Assembly (NCBI RefSeq): GCF_963921235.1
Contig: NC_086108.1
Span: 59,708,001 to 59,772,000, forward strand
Reading direction: 5' to 3'
Source of the DNA: Mobula hypostoma
Taxonomy: Eukaryota
Length of the DNA: 64,000 nucleotides
Position 1 is the stretch's first letter; every line of letters begins with the position of its first letter. The position numbers and the translations under genes were made by a program. The notes below the pieces were generated by a model, which did no database searches, was not told the origin of the DNA, and saw only the letters and a list, made by a program, of their open reading frames with translations. Positions 1 to 12,090 of this stretch are shown here, one piece after another.

Positions 1-153
1 CCTGGAATCATTTTTGTGAACCTCAGTTGAACCCTCACTAGTTTCAGCACACTCTTCCTAAAATAAGGGGTCCAAAACTGCTCACAATACTTTAAGTGAG
101 GCCTCACCAGTGCTTAATAAAATCTCAACATTACATCCTTGCTTTTATATTCT

Positions 154-469
154 TTTTTTTTATAGAGGCATCCGTTAGTCTCGTGAGACCATGGATTTGT
201 GCCTTGGAAGGTTTCCAGGGCGCAGATCTGGGCAAGGTTGTATGGAAGACCGGCAGCTGCCCATGCTGCAAGTCTCCCCTCTCCATGACACCAATGTTGT
301 CCAAGGGAAGGGCATTAGTACTCATACAGCTTGGCACCGGTGTCGTTGCAGAGCAATGTGTGGTTAAGTGCCTTGCTCAAGGACACAACGTGCTGCCTCA
401 GCCAGGGCTCGAACTAGCGACCTTCAGATCACTAGACGAATGCCTTAACCACTTGGGCACGCGCCAACA
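154..469 (-). mobile_element. tRNA-headed SINE with CORE-like middle and A-rich tail, inserted in CR1
   Basis: 12-bp TSD CTTTTATATTCT at 142-153 and 470-481. Minus strand has A-box-like TGCCCAAGTGG, B-box GTTCGAGCC, then TGTGTCCTTGAGCAAGGCACTTAACC, ending in poly-A. Confidence 0.85.
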
Positions 470-2550
470 CTTTTATATTCTCATCCTCTTGAAATGAATG
501 CTAACATTACATTTGCCTTCCTCACCACAGACTCAAGCTGCAAATTAACTTTTAGGGAATCCTGTACAAGTACTCTCAAGTCCCTTTGCACCTCAGGATT
601 TAGTATTTTCACTCCATTTAGAAAATAGTTAACCTTTTCATTTCTTCTACCAAAGTGCAAGACCGTACATTTCCCTACACTGTACTCCATTTGCCACTTC
701 TTTGCTCATTCTCCTTATCTGTTTAAGTCCTTCCGTAGCCTCACTACTTCCTTAAAACTACCTGCCCCTCCACCTAACTTCATATCATCTACAAACTTTG
801 CAACAAAGCCTTCAATGTCATTATGAAATCATTGACATATAACATAAGAAGAATCGGTCCCAACAAAGACCCTTGTGGAATACTGCTAGTCACCGGCAGC
901 CAACCAGAAGCGGCTTACTTTATTCCCAATCTTTGCCTCCTGCCAATCAGCCACTGTTACATCCATGCTAAAATCTTTCCTGTAATACCGTGCATGCATA
1001 GCTTGTTAAGCAGTTTCATGTGTGACACCTCATCAAAGGCCTTCTGAAAATCCAAGTACACAACAACAACAACATTGCCCTTTTGGCATGCATTTTCTCT
1101 CTCCGTTGTAATTTGTGGGTCACACCCTTACTACTGTTTGGGGTTCTGTATACAACTCCCATCAGGGTCTTTTACCCTCGCAGTGCCTTAGTTTTAACCT
1201 CAACACCTTCTGATCCTATGTCTCCTCTTTCTAATGATTTGATTTCATTTTTTACCAACAGAGCAATGCCGCCCCCTCTGCCTTCCTGCCTGACCTTTCG
1301 ATACCATGTGTATCCTAGGATATTAAACTCCTTGCTATATTCTTCTTTCAGCCATGATTCAGTGATGCCTACAATATCATATGTTACATGTCACTCTGCT
1401 AATGTGCTGCAAGTTCATTGACTTTATTTTTTATACTGCACGCATTCAAATATAACACCTTTAGTCCTGTATTCATCCTTTTCTATTTTGTCTGCCTTTT
1501 ACGTTTAAACTCATCCTGTTGACTGCAACTTTGCCCTATCAATAGCCTCTTCTCACTACACATTTCCTCTGTTTGTAACCCAGCTACCTCATCTTCAGCA
1601 CTACGATGCTAGCATTGAAATATACACAGCTCAGAACACTAGTTGCATCATGCTCAGCCGTTTGATTCCGAGCTTTGTCTGAGGTCTTACCAACATCTGC
1701 CCCCAAAACCTCTCCACTATCTGTTCTGGCACTCTGGTTCCCATCCCCTTGCAACTCCAGTTTAAACACCACTGTGCAGCATTAACAAATCCTCACGCTG
1801 GAATATTAGTTCCCCTCCAGTTCCGGTGAAAACTGTCCCTACTGTACCTGTCCCACCTTCCCTGGAAGAGAGCCCAATGATCCAAAAGCCTTATGCTCTC
1901 CCTCCTACACCAACTCCTTAGCCACATATTAAACTGTATAATCTTCCTAGTTCTGGCCTCACTAGCACTTAGCATGGGTAGCAATGCTGAGATCACAACC
2001 CTGGAGGTCCTGCCCTTTAACTTGGCGCCTAACTCCCTGACCTCCCTCATTACTTGTCCTACCCGTGCCTTTTGTATCTACATGGACTGTGACTTCCAGC
2101 TGTTCATCCTCCCATTTAAGAATACTGAGGTCTCCATCTGAGATACCCTGGCACCGGAAGGCAACATACCATCCGGGAATCTTGTTCTAGCCCACAGAAT
2201 TTCCTTTCTGTTCCCCTAACTAAGGAATCCCCGATTGCCACAGCATGCTTCTCCTCCCCTCCTCCCTTTTGAGTCACAGAGGCAGACTCAGTGCCAGAGA
2301 CCCAGCCACTGTGACTTTCCTTTATTAGGTCAACTCCCCCCGACAGTATTCAAAGTGATATACCTATTGTTGAGGAGGATGGCCACAGGGGTACTCTGCA
2401 CTGTTCCTTAACCCCTTTCCCCTTCCTGATTGTCACCAGTATCCTGTGTCCTGAACCTTGGGTGTAACTACCTCACTATATGTCGCATCTGTTACCCCTT
2501 CAGCCTCTCCGAATAATCCTGAGTTCATCCAGTTCCAGCTCCAACTCCTT

Positions 2551-2677
2551 CGGCTATGGGACAAGCCATTAAACTTTTAAATTCACATGTCTGCACATTG
2601 TGACGGAGTCATAATTCAAAGATTTTTACTCCCTCACGTTGTGGGATGGATGTAAGATTTAAATAAATTCTGATTCT
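2551..2677 (+). mobile_element. Short 3' fragment of a Rex1/Babar-type LINE
   Basis: Ends AATAAATTCTGATTCT, resembles the 3' end of the 29793 element, and splits CR1 ORF1 sequence (CCAACTCCTT|AATGCGGATT). Confidence 0.6.
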
Positions 2678-3155
2678 AATGCGGATTGTTAAAAGCTGCA
2701 GCAAGATGAACTTCTCACAGTTGTAGTCATCAGGGACTCCCTATGTTCCCACATCCCACAAAAGGGATATTCAGCTATCCTGCCTGGCGTCTCTACACCT
2801 GGCATTTCTACTGTTCCAGCTGAGCAGAAATAAAGAAGGGAAGTTAAAAAAAAACTTCACCTGGAGCTTTTCTTTGCTCTCTCTGACTGGAGCCTCAAAA
2901 AGCTGAAGCCTCAAGATCACCACTCTGACTCTGTCCACTCCTATGATGGCCACTACGCTTGCCCCTTCCTTCCTTTAACTTGCTGTTGCTAATCAATCCC
3001 AAACGTGGATTGGTCACTGGTCAAAGCTCTAGTTCGCTGTAGTGACCCGCTATTCCATTTCTTCTTGGGCAGCAGAGCTGAGTGAAATCACCTCTTCTCA
3101 AAACTTCTGATGTTAGTTTCCTGGTAGTTCTGAAGATTAACTCCACAAAAAGTAA

Positions 3156-3795
3156 TGTAATACCCTGGTTCACATCTTTACTGTTATGCTGAAGGTATTT
3201 CATTTTGTGCAGCTCTGTAAGAACTGCTTGTTCTGCTTTCAGCCTGTTTGGGTTATTGTTGAAGATGAGGGATGATGTGCAATGTGTGCTATCCAATTAG
3301 CAGAAGGTTTTTCTTGATGAGGGACAATAAGTTTGGTCTTGGGCTTTTGTTTAATGAAGAGACAAGATGCTGGAGAGAACTGGTCGTAGCATATGATCCG
3401 GTGGGAGACTCATTTGTTCGAGGTGGATTGTGAGTGACGTTCGGAAGGTGGTGTGTGTTTTCACATTGACTGAGGACCCAGCGTGTGAGTGACAAAGAAG
3501 TTCAAGACGAGCTCCAACTTGTGCACATTTGACTCTTTAATTAGAATGGGACCTTTTCTTTTCGTTATTCTATACTAACCATTTAGTTAAGATTCATAAA
3601 TATAATTCCTTTAACCATATGCAATGTACTGTATGTTATTTCATAGCATTAATTTGTAACAGGGTAGTGAATTACACAGCATCCACACAAACAGAGGGTT
3701 TGGAGGCGGTGGCTCACACCTCTATCTCACACGTTTGGCGGGGCTGGAGACGATCTTCCCTAGACTTACACAGCCAAGGAAGCCAGAGTGTTACA
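3156..3795 (+). repeat. 5' LTR
   Basis: TGTAATACCCTGG...GTGTTACA; aligns with 7560-8591. Confidence 0.9.
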
Positions 3796-4158
3796 CTGTG
3801 GGGGTCTCATCTGGGATCGATTCCATTGGATGCTGTCTGATTGCCCTGAGCATTGATCCAGTGGGTTGTGTGTTTAAGTCTGTGTTAAACTATTGTTCAG
3901 TAAAGTGATTACGATACGTGGTTATGGATGCTGCAGGGGTGGAGCGGAGGTTTGATAATATGGCAGGCAAAGACTTTGTTTTAGTTCAGACTAGCACTGA
4001 TGTAATGGCAGTAGAATAGCCTGGTACTACTGGGGCCCTGGGCTGAGGGAGTGAAGGTGAGCATGCTGAATGGGAAGTCAAGTTTCCCTTAACTGTGACG
4101 GAGACTTTAAAGACGTTTCTGCGGAGCGAGGGGAAGGAGTAGTCTGATAGAGGGTCTA

Positions 4159-5485
4159 ATGAGTCCTCCAGTGAGGGCTGAGCATTATGAATTGGTAGTG
4201 GCCTTTATCTCCCTGGCAGATAAATATCAAAATACCCAGGTTCAAAGTCACAGCTATCGTAGGCTCAGCCTGTTCTCAGGAACAAAGCCCACCCCTAAAG
4301 GGGAAGAGGAGTTTGAAACTTGGGCAGAGAAGACCTCTCTGTTGCTGGATGAGGGGCAGTGGTCTGATGACGAAAAAAGACAGCAATTGGTTGAAAGTTT
4401 GAAGGGGCCAGCTGTTGACGTAGTGAGATCGGTAAAGATACAGAACCCCTTTGCTACCTCTGCGGCCTACATGCAAGCGCGAGAAAAGGTGTTTGGTGCA
4501 ATGGGAAGCCCATTGGAGCTTATGATGGGGTTTCAGAACATGTTTCAGGAGAAGTTTTCTGCCTATATTTTTCAGCTAGAGAGGCAGCTAAATTGCTTGT
4601 GGTGTAGAGGGACCTTTCAGACGGCTGAGGTGGATCAGTTAAGAAAGGACCAAGTGGTGAAAGGTGCCCATTCGCCGGACCTGGGGTCTCCCAATGTCTC
4701 GTAAGATACACCCCCCTCCTTTGTTTGTCGAGCTGATCAGAGAAGTAAGAGAGGAGGAGAATGCGATGGAGACGTTGGAGGCCTCCGTCAGCAGGGTACA
4801 GTCCTCTGTAATGGTCTATTTGGCTGAGGTGACCACTGATAACCCTCCCTGTGGAGTGGTGAAGGAGTTCATGGCAGAGTTTAGGAATGCGATGTCCCGG
4901 TTGTTATCAGCGGTTGCAGTCCTCCCCCCACCCCGTACGATAGAGTTGATGGGGGGGTGGAAACCCTAATGGGACAGACTACGCAGAGGGCTGCTAGTGG
5001 CTGGGGATTCCGCGAGAAGGGGAGCAGCCGGTATTGTCTGTTATAACTGTGGTGAAAAGGGATACTTCAGGCGGGAGTGTGAACAACAGGAAACCCCTTG
5101 GAGAGTGAGCCCCTGGATACCTAAGCGGAGAGACCCAGTGAGGGAATGGCCTGGCATCTCAGGGGGAACACATTCTCAGCAATATATCCAGGAACCCCCG
5201 AAAGCAAAAAGCCCTATTCATGTAAACACGAACCCTATTCATGAAGGCTTAGTGGGGCCAAGCTGCAGTGTATCACTACAGATTGAGGGTATTTATGCTA
5301 GAGTCATACTTGACATCAGCCCTCAGGATACTCTGCTGTACCATTCGTTTTACAAACGGTATTTGGTGCATTTACTATTGAGGCCACTCAGTGTGCTAGA
5401 GACCTGGGGTCTTAGTACGGATGACTATCCGTACGATGGTTACTTGTCATTGAAGTTACAGTTTTCGGAGGCAGGTGTGGGATAA
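4159..5485 (+). pseudogene. gag (PNMA-like capsid, zinc knuckle) and protease remnants, frameshifted
   Basis: YRRLSLFSG...GEEEFETW...DDEKRQQLVESLKGPA matches the PNMA/Gypsy Gag pattern. CYNCGEKGYFRREC knuckle at about 5039-5080. Degenerate protease motif ILDISPQ. Confidence 0.88.
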
Positions 5486-6072
5486 CCTGAGGTCCTTGTT
5501 ACATTAGAACTAGTTTGTCCAGACTCCAGACTCGGTCAAGACGGACGAAGCTTCAGTTCTCATGGGGATGATTCTTCCTTTTGTGAGGAGGCTAGTGGAA
5601 GCCCGCAAGGAGGAAGTTGTAGAGAGCTTTCTGAAAACATTGTCCGTTCACCCTGTGTTCCGAGCTGCTTTTGAGGAAGCGCGTGGCCGTACTGGGCTGG
5701 ATGATGAGCAGAAACAAGGGACAGTGTAGTTCACCCCATCAAAACCAGTCGAATTATGGCCTGGGGAAGTAGCAAGAGTGATGGGGAACCCCAAATTTCC
5801 CGGAATGCCTGAGGCCAAGGCCCTCTCGGAGGATGCTCCAGAAGACCATGAAGAAGTGTCCAGCCTACCTGCTGGGGTACTGGTGAGGCCTGAACTGCAG
5901 AAGCCCTCGGTTTTACAGGTGAACAGGATGACAGTGAGTGTCAAGAACACCTCGGAGTGAGAGGTCACCCTCAGGCAGAGGATGCTAATGGCGCACCTCT
6001 TCCTGGTGACAGTAATGTCTTATGTCCATGTGAGCTGAGCCGGGGAGAAACTCTCTCCGAAAAAGAGGAAAG

Positions 6073-6923
6073 ATGACTGCCGAGTCATTCAACTTTGGGG
6101 ACTCCCTGGTACCTGGAGGTTGGAAGAAGAGGTTGATAGAGAAAATGTTGAAGCTGGAAGATGTCTTTTCTACTGATGAGTTTGATGTGGATTGTTCCAA
6201 GAGCACTGGTCACACCATCTGGGTGACAGAGGACATCCTGTTCAGAGAAAAGTCGAGGCTACTGGCACCTGCAGAGGTGGAGGACGCTCGGCAGCATCTG
6301 TGGAAGTTGAAGGAAGCTGGGATTATTTCTGAGTCCAGAAGTCTTTACGCATCTCCAATAGTAGTGGCCAGGAAGAAGAATGGGAAGGTACAGAGGTGGG
6401 TGGACTATTGGACTCTGAACAGGCGTGCAGTCCCCAACCAGTATACAGTCCAGAGAATGGAGGACATGCTGGCCTGCCTGAATGGTGCGACGTGGTTCAG
6501 TGTACTGGACTTGAGGAGTGATACTAGTATTACCAGATACCCATGAGTGAGGCTGATAAAGAGATGTATCTGAAGTCTGTGTCTGATATGAGAAGGGAGC
6601 TGAAAAAAGCTTATGAATTAGCTGAGTTCCTGGCTGCCAAGCAGAATCAAGTAAATAAGAGGAGGTATGATCAAAAAGTTAGGTTCTCCCACCTCATGCC
6701 CGGAGACCAAGTCTTCATAAAGAATTTGGGGCCACCTGGGAAGCATAAGTTGGCTGACCACTGGGTGGCTACGCGCTATGTAGTGGAGAGTCAGATGCCA
6801 AATGTACCAGTTTTCCAGGTGAAACCAGAGGATGGGAATAGGCCTATCAAGATTCTCCATCGAAACCCCTTCTTCCTCTGGGACAAGGGGTGCGTGTTGA
6901 CCCAGAGACTGACCTGGACCTGA
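6073..6923 (+). pseudogene. pol remnant: RT N-terminus joined to integrase C-terminal region
   Basis: SRSLYASPIVVARKKNG...VDYWTLN...FSVLDLRS, then MSEADKE followed directly by RRELKKAYELA...PGDQVFIKNLGPPGKHKLADHW. Confidence 0.85.
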
Positions 6924-7559
6924 CACCTAGGAAGAGGACTCTGCGGTGACGTGGAGAGACTGACGGAGCAGCAACAGGAAAGATCAGACCCGCCCCTGCC
7001 CCTGAATGGGATACGGATTCGGAGGATGAGAGGAAATGGGGGTGTGGTATATGCTGCCTTTTGCTAACTCACCACTAATTGAGGAAGAGGTTCCCAACCT
7101 TTCTCACACTGAGGCAGGTGAAATTGAGAGAACTATCTGTGGACAGGCAAGTTTGCAGCAGAACCACGAAGGAGGGGCTGGGCTCTAAGGTAACTGGGAA
7201 TGAAGCTGAGCTCAGCCCAGTGGCAGAGGGACCTGAGTTGCTGTAAGACACGAGTAATAGTTAGGGGTAGGCTTTGCCATGTGGACAGGAAGTATCCAAA
7301 AGAATAACTGAAACTGAAGATGTAGATGATGGGATACGAAGGTCTCAAAGAGCCAGGAGACCCCCAGATAGGCTGTCCTATGTAGCACCGGGGGAACAGA
7401 GCATTGCGACTATCCCCATAGAGAGACATATCACTACCATTTACAAATGGATTGAAGGTTCTGACATCACAAAATTCCTTTGAAAACGGTGTTATTAATG
7501 ACAAGATGACAAATTATTTCAAAGTCATGAAGACATGACTATTTGTGGTTGGGGGAGAG

Positions 7560-8591
7560 TGTAGTGCCCTGGGTCACATCTTTACTGTTATGCTGTAGGC
7601 ATTTCATTTAGATTAGATTAGATTAGATTCAACCTTATTGTCATTATGCCGAGCACAGATACAAAGCCAATGAAATGCATTTAGCATCTGACCAGAAATG
7701 CAAAGAATATTGCTATTTACAAAATAACTGCCAATAAAAAAGTGCTACAGCCCACAAATATAAAAGTACTGAGACAGTACAATACGGATGCAATACTGTT
7801 TAGCGCTGTGATGACAGGTTCAGCAGTGTCACAGCCTCAGGGAAGAAGCTTTTCCTGTGCCTGCTGGTGCGGGAGCGGAGGCTCCTGTAGCGCCTACTGG
7901 ATGGGAGGAGAGTAAAAAGTCCATGATTAGGGTGAGATGCATTCCTGATAATGTTTTTTGCCCTGCCCAGGCAGCGTTTGATGTTCTTAATGGAGGGCAA
8001 TTAGCTGCTGTGTTAGAGTTGTTTGTTCTGCTTTCAGCCTTTTTAGGTTATTGTTGAAGATGAGGTATGATGTGAAATGTGTGCCATCCAATTAGCTGGA
8101 GGTTTTTCTTGGTGAGGGACAATAAGGTTGGTCTTGGGCTGTTGTCTGGGAGGAGATGAAGAGAGAAGATGCTGGGGAGAACTGGTCATCACGTATGATC
8201 CAGTGGGAGACCCGTTTGTTTGAGATGGATTGCGAGTGACGTTCGGAAGGTGGTGTGTGCTTTCACGTTGACTGAGAGCCCAGCGCGTGAGTGACAGAGA
8301 AGTTCAAGATGAGCTCTAACTTGCGCACATTTGACTCTTTAATTAGAATGGGCCCTTTTGTTTTTGTTATTCTTTACTAACTATTTAGTTAAGATTTATA
8401 AATATAATTACTTTATTCGCATGCAGTGTGCTGTCTGTTATTTTGTGGCATTAATTTGTAACAGGGTAGCAAATGACACAGCATCCACATAAACAGGGGG
8501 TTGTGGGGAGTCTTGCTCCTCAAACTCACACCTTTGGCGGGGCTGGAGATCTTCCTGAGATTTATGCAACCGAGGAGACCAGAGCGTTTCA
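7560..8591 (+). repeat. 3' LTR, interrupted by a Rex1 fragment
   Basis: TGTAGTGCCCTGG...GCGTTTCA; LTR sequence resumes at about 8001. Confidence 0.88.
7612..8000 (-). mobile_element. 5'-truncated Rex1/Babar LINE with (TCTAA)n tail
   Basis: ORF 7800-8000 (ASHPNHGLFTLLPSSRRYRSLRSRTSRHRKSFFPEAVTLLN). Possible TSD TTAG at 7608-7611 and 8001-8004. Confidence 0.85.
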
Positions 8592-8595
8592 GTAA

Positions 8596-9420
8596 GAAGC
8601 GAGGTGCAACATTGCAGTGATGCAACGTTGTTTGAAGCTACCCTTTGGAGTGATTGGTTCAGTTGTAAACCTCCTGGATGGTATCAGGACTTGAGTGCCA
8701 CTAGAGAGTAAACAAAAGACACAGAGATAAATTTCTGAAGGCAACAGAATGGAGGAAGTTGCTCCATAATCCATCCTGAATGATGAAGTCAAATGCTCCA
8801 ATCAGGTCAAAGAAGGTGATGCATAATAGTTACATTTTTCTGAGCATAGTTGCATTGAAGATGATGTCATTGAGACTGTAATGAATAGCATTTGTACCGT
8901 GATTCAGAGAAAGTTTTTTGGCCACTTGAGGAGGACTCTGATGATGACTTTTCCTGTGGCTGACGGCAGAGACACCCCTTTACAGTCACCAATATCTCCT
9001 CATTTAATGATGGATATACCTATGGTATTTCTGAGATCCCCTGGTATATTCTTCCCTTGCCATATATGGACAATGAAATTATGGATTTATGACTAAGTTG
9101 TTTAGTGATGAACTTCGAGGACATCAGCAGGGTTAGCATCTTCTGAGACCTGATTATCTCTGAGTTGGATGTGGCCTTCTAAACTTCATGCTGATAAGAG
9201 ATGGCAGCAAAGATGGCCTGTATATGTTGCTACCGGAGAGAGTTAAGCCACTCATGTCAGGACCAGTCGAGGTTGAGGTTGTCTTCTAGGTATTCCTTCC
9301 AGAAGGGGCTGACGGCCTCTTTAGTTTCCATGAGTTCACCCCCTTTCCTCAGCTTTTGCCCTTCAGTGTTTGGACTACAGGTGGCTTTTATGGCACTGAA
9401 AAATTGTTGAGCTTCCTATG
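8596..9420 (-). mobile_element. Old, heavily decayed RTE-clade LINE RT fragment (host of the Gypsy insertion; probably continues at about 3040-3155)
   Basis: Manual minus-strand reading gives PGDLRN..., KGVSLPSATGKVIIRVLL, LCITFFDLIGAFD...GLWS, matching the RTE RT pattern GISLLSATGKVIARILL...FDLTKAFD...GLW. Confidence 0.7.
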
Positions 9421-10099
9421 CTGTTCCCACCCATTATCTGTAAATGAATGCTTATAAAGTTAATAGCAGTGTTTTTGTAAACATTCTAAACATATTTAGC
9501 ATTTTACAAAAAATCTGTAAGTCTGAATCAACATAGCAGATTTATGAGAGGAGTAATGTTCTTCTCAGGCAGCCCCTCAAGATTGATAATATCTAGTTTC
9601 CAATCTATTTCTGTGATGTTGAGATGGCTGATGTGTAATGAATGACACAAGAACAAAGGTAAAAGATACATTAAGTTATTTACAAGAGTACTCAGCAAGC
9701 CTGACCTTAAGCTACTGCTAAGATAATGACAAGGAGCAGTCTCAACATCAAAGGTACACTCTATTTTCTCCTGCACTCTTCCTTGCTCCTCCATGTACAT
9801 CAAGTCTTGCCTTGCCGGTGCAACCTAAAATTAACATTCTATCTGCTCCCTCAGGGTGTAAAGGATCTGTGGTAGCATTTTAAAGAAGAGCAAGGGAATT
9901 ATTCACATTATCCTGGCCTGTATTAATCTTGCAATGACTATCAGTCAAAGCATAGGTTATTTGAAGAACGAAGAATCCTTGTCTCATTGGTACTCAGATT
10001 ATGAGGTACTTGTTTCTGTGGATTGGAATCTTCTTTCAAAATAAGCATGTAGAACCCGGCTGTAAAATGACATTTCCTACAGTAACTAGCTTCTAGATT

Positions 10100-11140
10100 T
10101 AATGCAAAAAATGAAACTGTGAAATCTGAAATAAAAACAGAACGCTGGAGGTACCTATCAAGTGAAACAGCATCTGTAGAAACAGGAATAAAGTAAATGT
10201 TTCAGGCTGATGTCCTCTCATCAGGACTGGCAGTAGTCAGAGGTAAAATGAGTTTACAGATACAAAGAAAATTGTTAGTCTAAGATAGCATGAAATGAAA
10301 AGCTTGCAATAAAACAGAAGGCAAGAGAAATTAAGTGAAAATAGGATAGTGTAAAGCAAAATGACTGATGCGGTGGATCTACAAAGGTGAAAATAAAATG
10401 CATGTGATGGAAGAAAGGAGATGAAAATACCAATAGAAAACATTGCTTCAAGATATTGAATATTTTGAATATCTTTGTATAATCAAATGAGGAGATGCTG
10501 CTGTTTCACCAGGGTAACCATATCTTTTCTTCCCCACACCCACAGAACCATCCTTGTTTGGAACATACTTAGTCCACTCTGCAGTCACTGTTTTCACTCC
10601 ACTTACCCTGATCCCTTCTCCACTTTACTACCTCCCTCTCCCACCACCCAAATACTTATCTTGTCAGAGAGCTGTTTAATTATATGGCTTTCGATTTAGC
10701 ATCTTGTATTTGTGTCCTACAATCATTGTCAGCTCTACAATGATTAGATATGGTACACCTACATTTACTTTGCAGAAGTAAACCCGATCTTCCGGTAACT
10801 TGTTAGTTTAATTCTACTTTGCGCTCCTGATCTGACCTCCCTGACCTCATCTTCCTATATTGTTCCAAAGAAGCCCAGGGTAGTCTAGAACAAGCTTGCA
10901 TTTTCATCAGTTAGCTCCATGGTGACCAATTTCAGGCAATTATTTTTGTATTCCTTTTTCCAATGTCACTTGCCTCGTTAATTTTTTTGTTGTGAAGCTT
11001 TTCTCTTTCCTTTCTTCCCATTTTTTTCAATATCTTAAAACCTATTTTATTTCAAAACTTTTTTTCCAAATCTAATGTAAAGATAGCAGTTGTCAACTGT
11101 TTCTTTCTCTAGAGCCGATGTGCATCCTACTGGATATTAA
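10100..11140. mobile_element. Old Penelope-like element remnant with inverted pseudo-LTR
   Basis: Degenerate GCTGGAGG...CAGCATCT...hammerhead-like end at 10140-10230, then a purine-rich tract, then an oppositely oriented pyrimidine-rich copy. Confidence 0.45.
10192..10228 (-). ncRNA. Degenerate minimal hammerhead ribozyme motif (Penelope-type)
   Basis: Minus strand reads AGTC CTGATGA G AGG-ACATCAG-CCT GAAA CA TT TACT. Confidence 0.5.
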
Positions 11141-11635
11141 CTCATAGATTTACTTCTCTCTTGGCTTTGCTGGAGCAATGACAAGTCAATCCTCCCTCCC
11201 ATCCTTTTCAATTTCAGTTGATAATTTTATTTTGATGCATATTTCCTTGGGAAGGTATGTTTGAAGAATTGATTGTGCATATGAATTTGCCACTCTTTCT
11301 GGCTTTGCAGTAATTTCTTCTGAATCAATACTTTGTGATCCTCCAGGGTGAATAATTTCTTACATAGTATTGACAGTGTTTTTAAATAGATTCAAAAGAA
11401 TATTTTTACATGTCATTCTACAATTCCCAGTAAGATTCCAAACCTGACAAAATAGGCATCTATCGTCCTAATTTTTTTTAGCAACTTTCACTTCTGTTGA
11501 TAGCTCCAACATAATTTATCCTACCTTATTTTACATTTAAAATCTTTATTATCCTGTTTCATTTTAAAACCAAGCTAGAATTTATATTAAACTAAACCTC
11601 TTAGTATTAACACCCTTTAATAAAATCTTGTCTTA

Positions 11636-12090
11636 TACTCAGTCGCCATTTTATTAGGTTACACCTGTACACCTGCTTGTTAATGCAAATATCTAATTAC
11701 CCAATCAAGTAGCAGCAACTCAATGCATAACAATATGCAGATATAGTCAAGAGGTTCAGTTGCTTTTCAGACCAAACATCAGAATGGGGAAGAAATGTGA
11801 TGTAAGTGACTTTGACTGTGATATGATTGTTGATGCAGGGCAGGGTAGGTTGAGTATTTCAGGAACTGCTGATCTCCTGGGATTTTCGTGGACAACAGTC
11901 TCTAGTGTTTACAGAGATGGTGCAAAAACTTAACAAAAAACATCTAGTGAGCAGCAGTTCTGTGGGTAAAAATGTCTTGTTAATGAAAGAGGTTAAAGGT
12001 TTGAACACACAACATGTTGAGATTGAAATGAATAGGCTACAGCAGCAGAATATCATGGACCATACACACGGTGGCCACTTTATTAGGCAA
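11636..12090 (+). mobile_element. Truncated Tc1-family DNA transposon
   Basis: TA followed by TIR-like (C/T)ACTCAGT(G/C)GCCA(C/T)TTTATTAGG. ATG at 11784 gives MGKKCDVSDFDCDMIV...LSISGTADLLGFSWTTVSSVY (Tc1 paired-like HTH). A second TIR-like copy in the same orientation lies at 12063-12087. Confidence 0.85.

Larger units (their letters stand above)
1..3020 (-). mobile_element. Decayed, internally deleted CR1 LINE (ORF2 RT and endonuclease remnants, ORF1 SGNH-esterase remnant)
   Basis: ORF 481-690 (KCTVLHFGRRN...VQRDL...KANVMLAFISRG) is CR1 RT C-terminal. ORF 1793-2050 (SRVVISALLP...DHWALFQGRWD...HRNWRGTNI) is CR1 ORF1 esterase. RT motif VYLDFQKAFD jumps to endonuclease sequence near 1070. Interrupted by the inserts listed below. 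Confidence 0.9.
3156..8591 (+). mobile_element. Ty3/Gypsy LTR retrotransposon with PNMA-like Gag, internally deleted
   Basis: LTRs 3156-3795 and 7560-8591 (TG...CA), 4-bp TSD GTAA (3152-3155, 8592-8595), degenerate tRNA-Pro PBS 3799-3817, PPT GGGGGAGAG 7551-7559. Confidence 0.93.

Noticed and set aside
400..469. tRNA gene
   Set aside because: It is the tRNA-derived head of a SINE bounded by a TSD.
4159..4704. Domesticated PNMA-like host gene
   Set aside because: Frameshifted, and embedded between LTRs with PBS, PPT and TSD.
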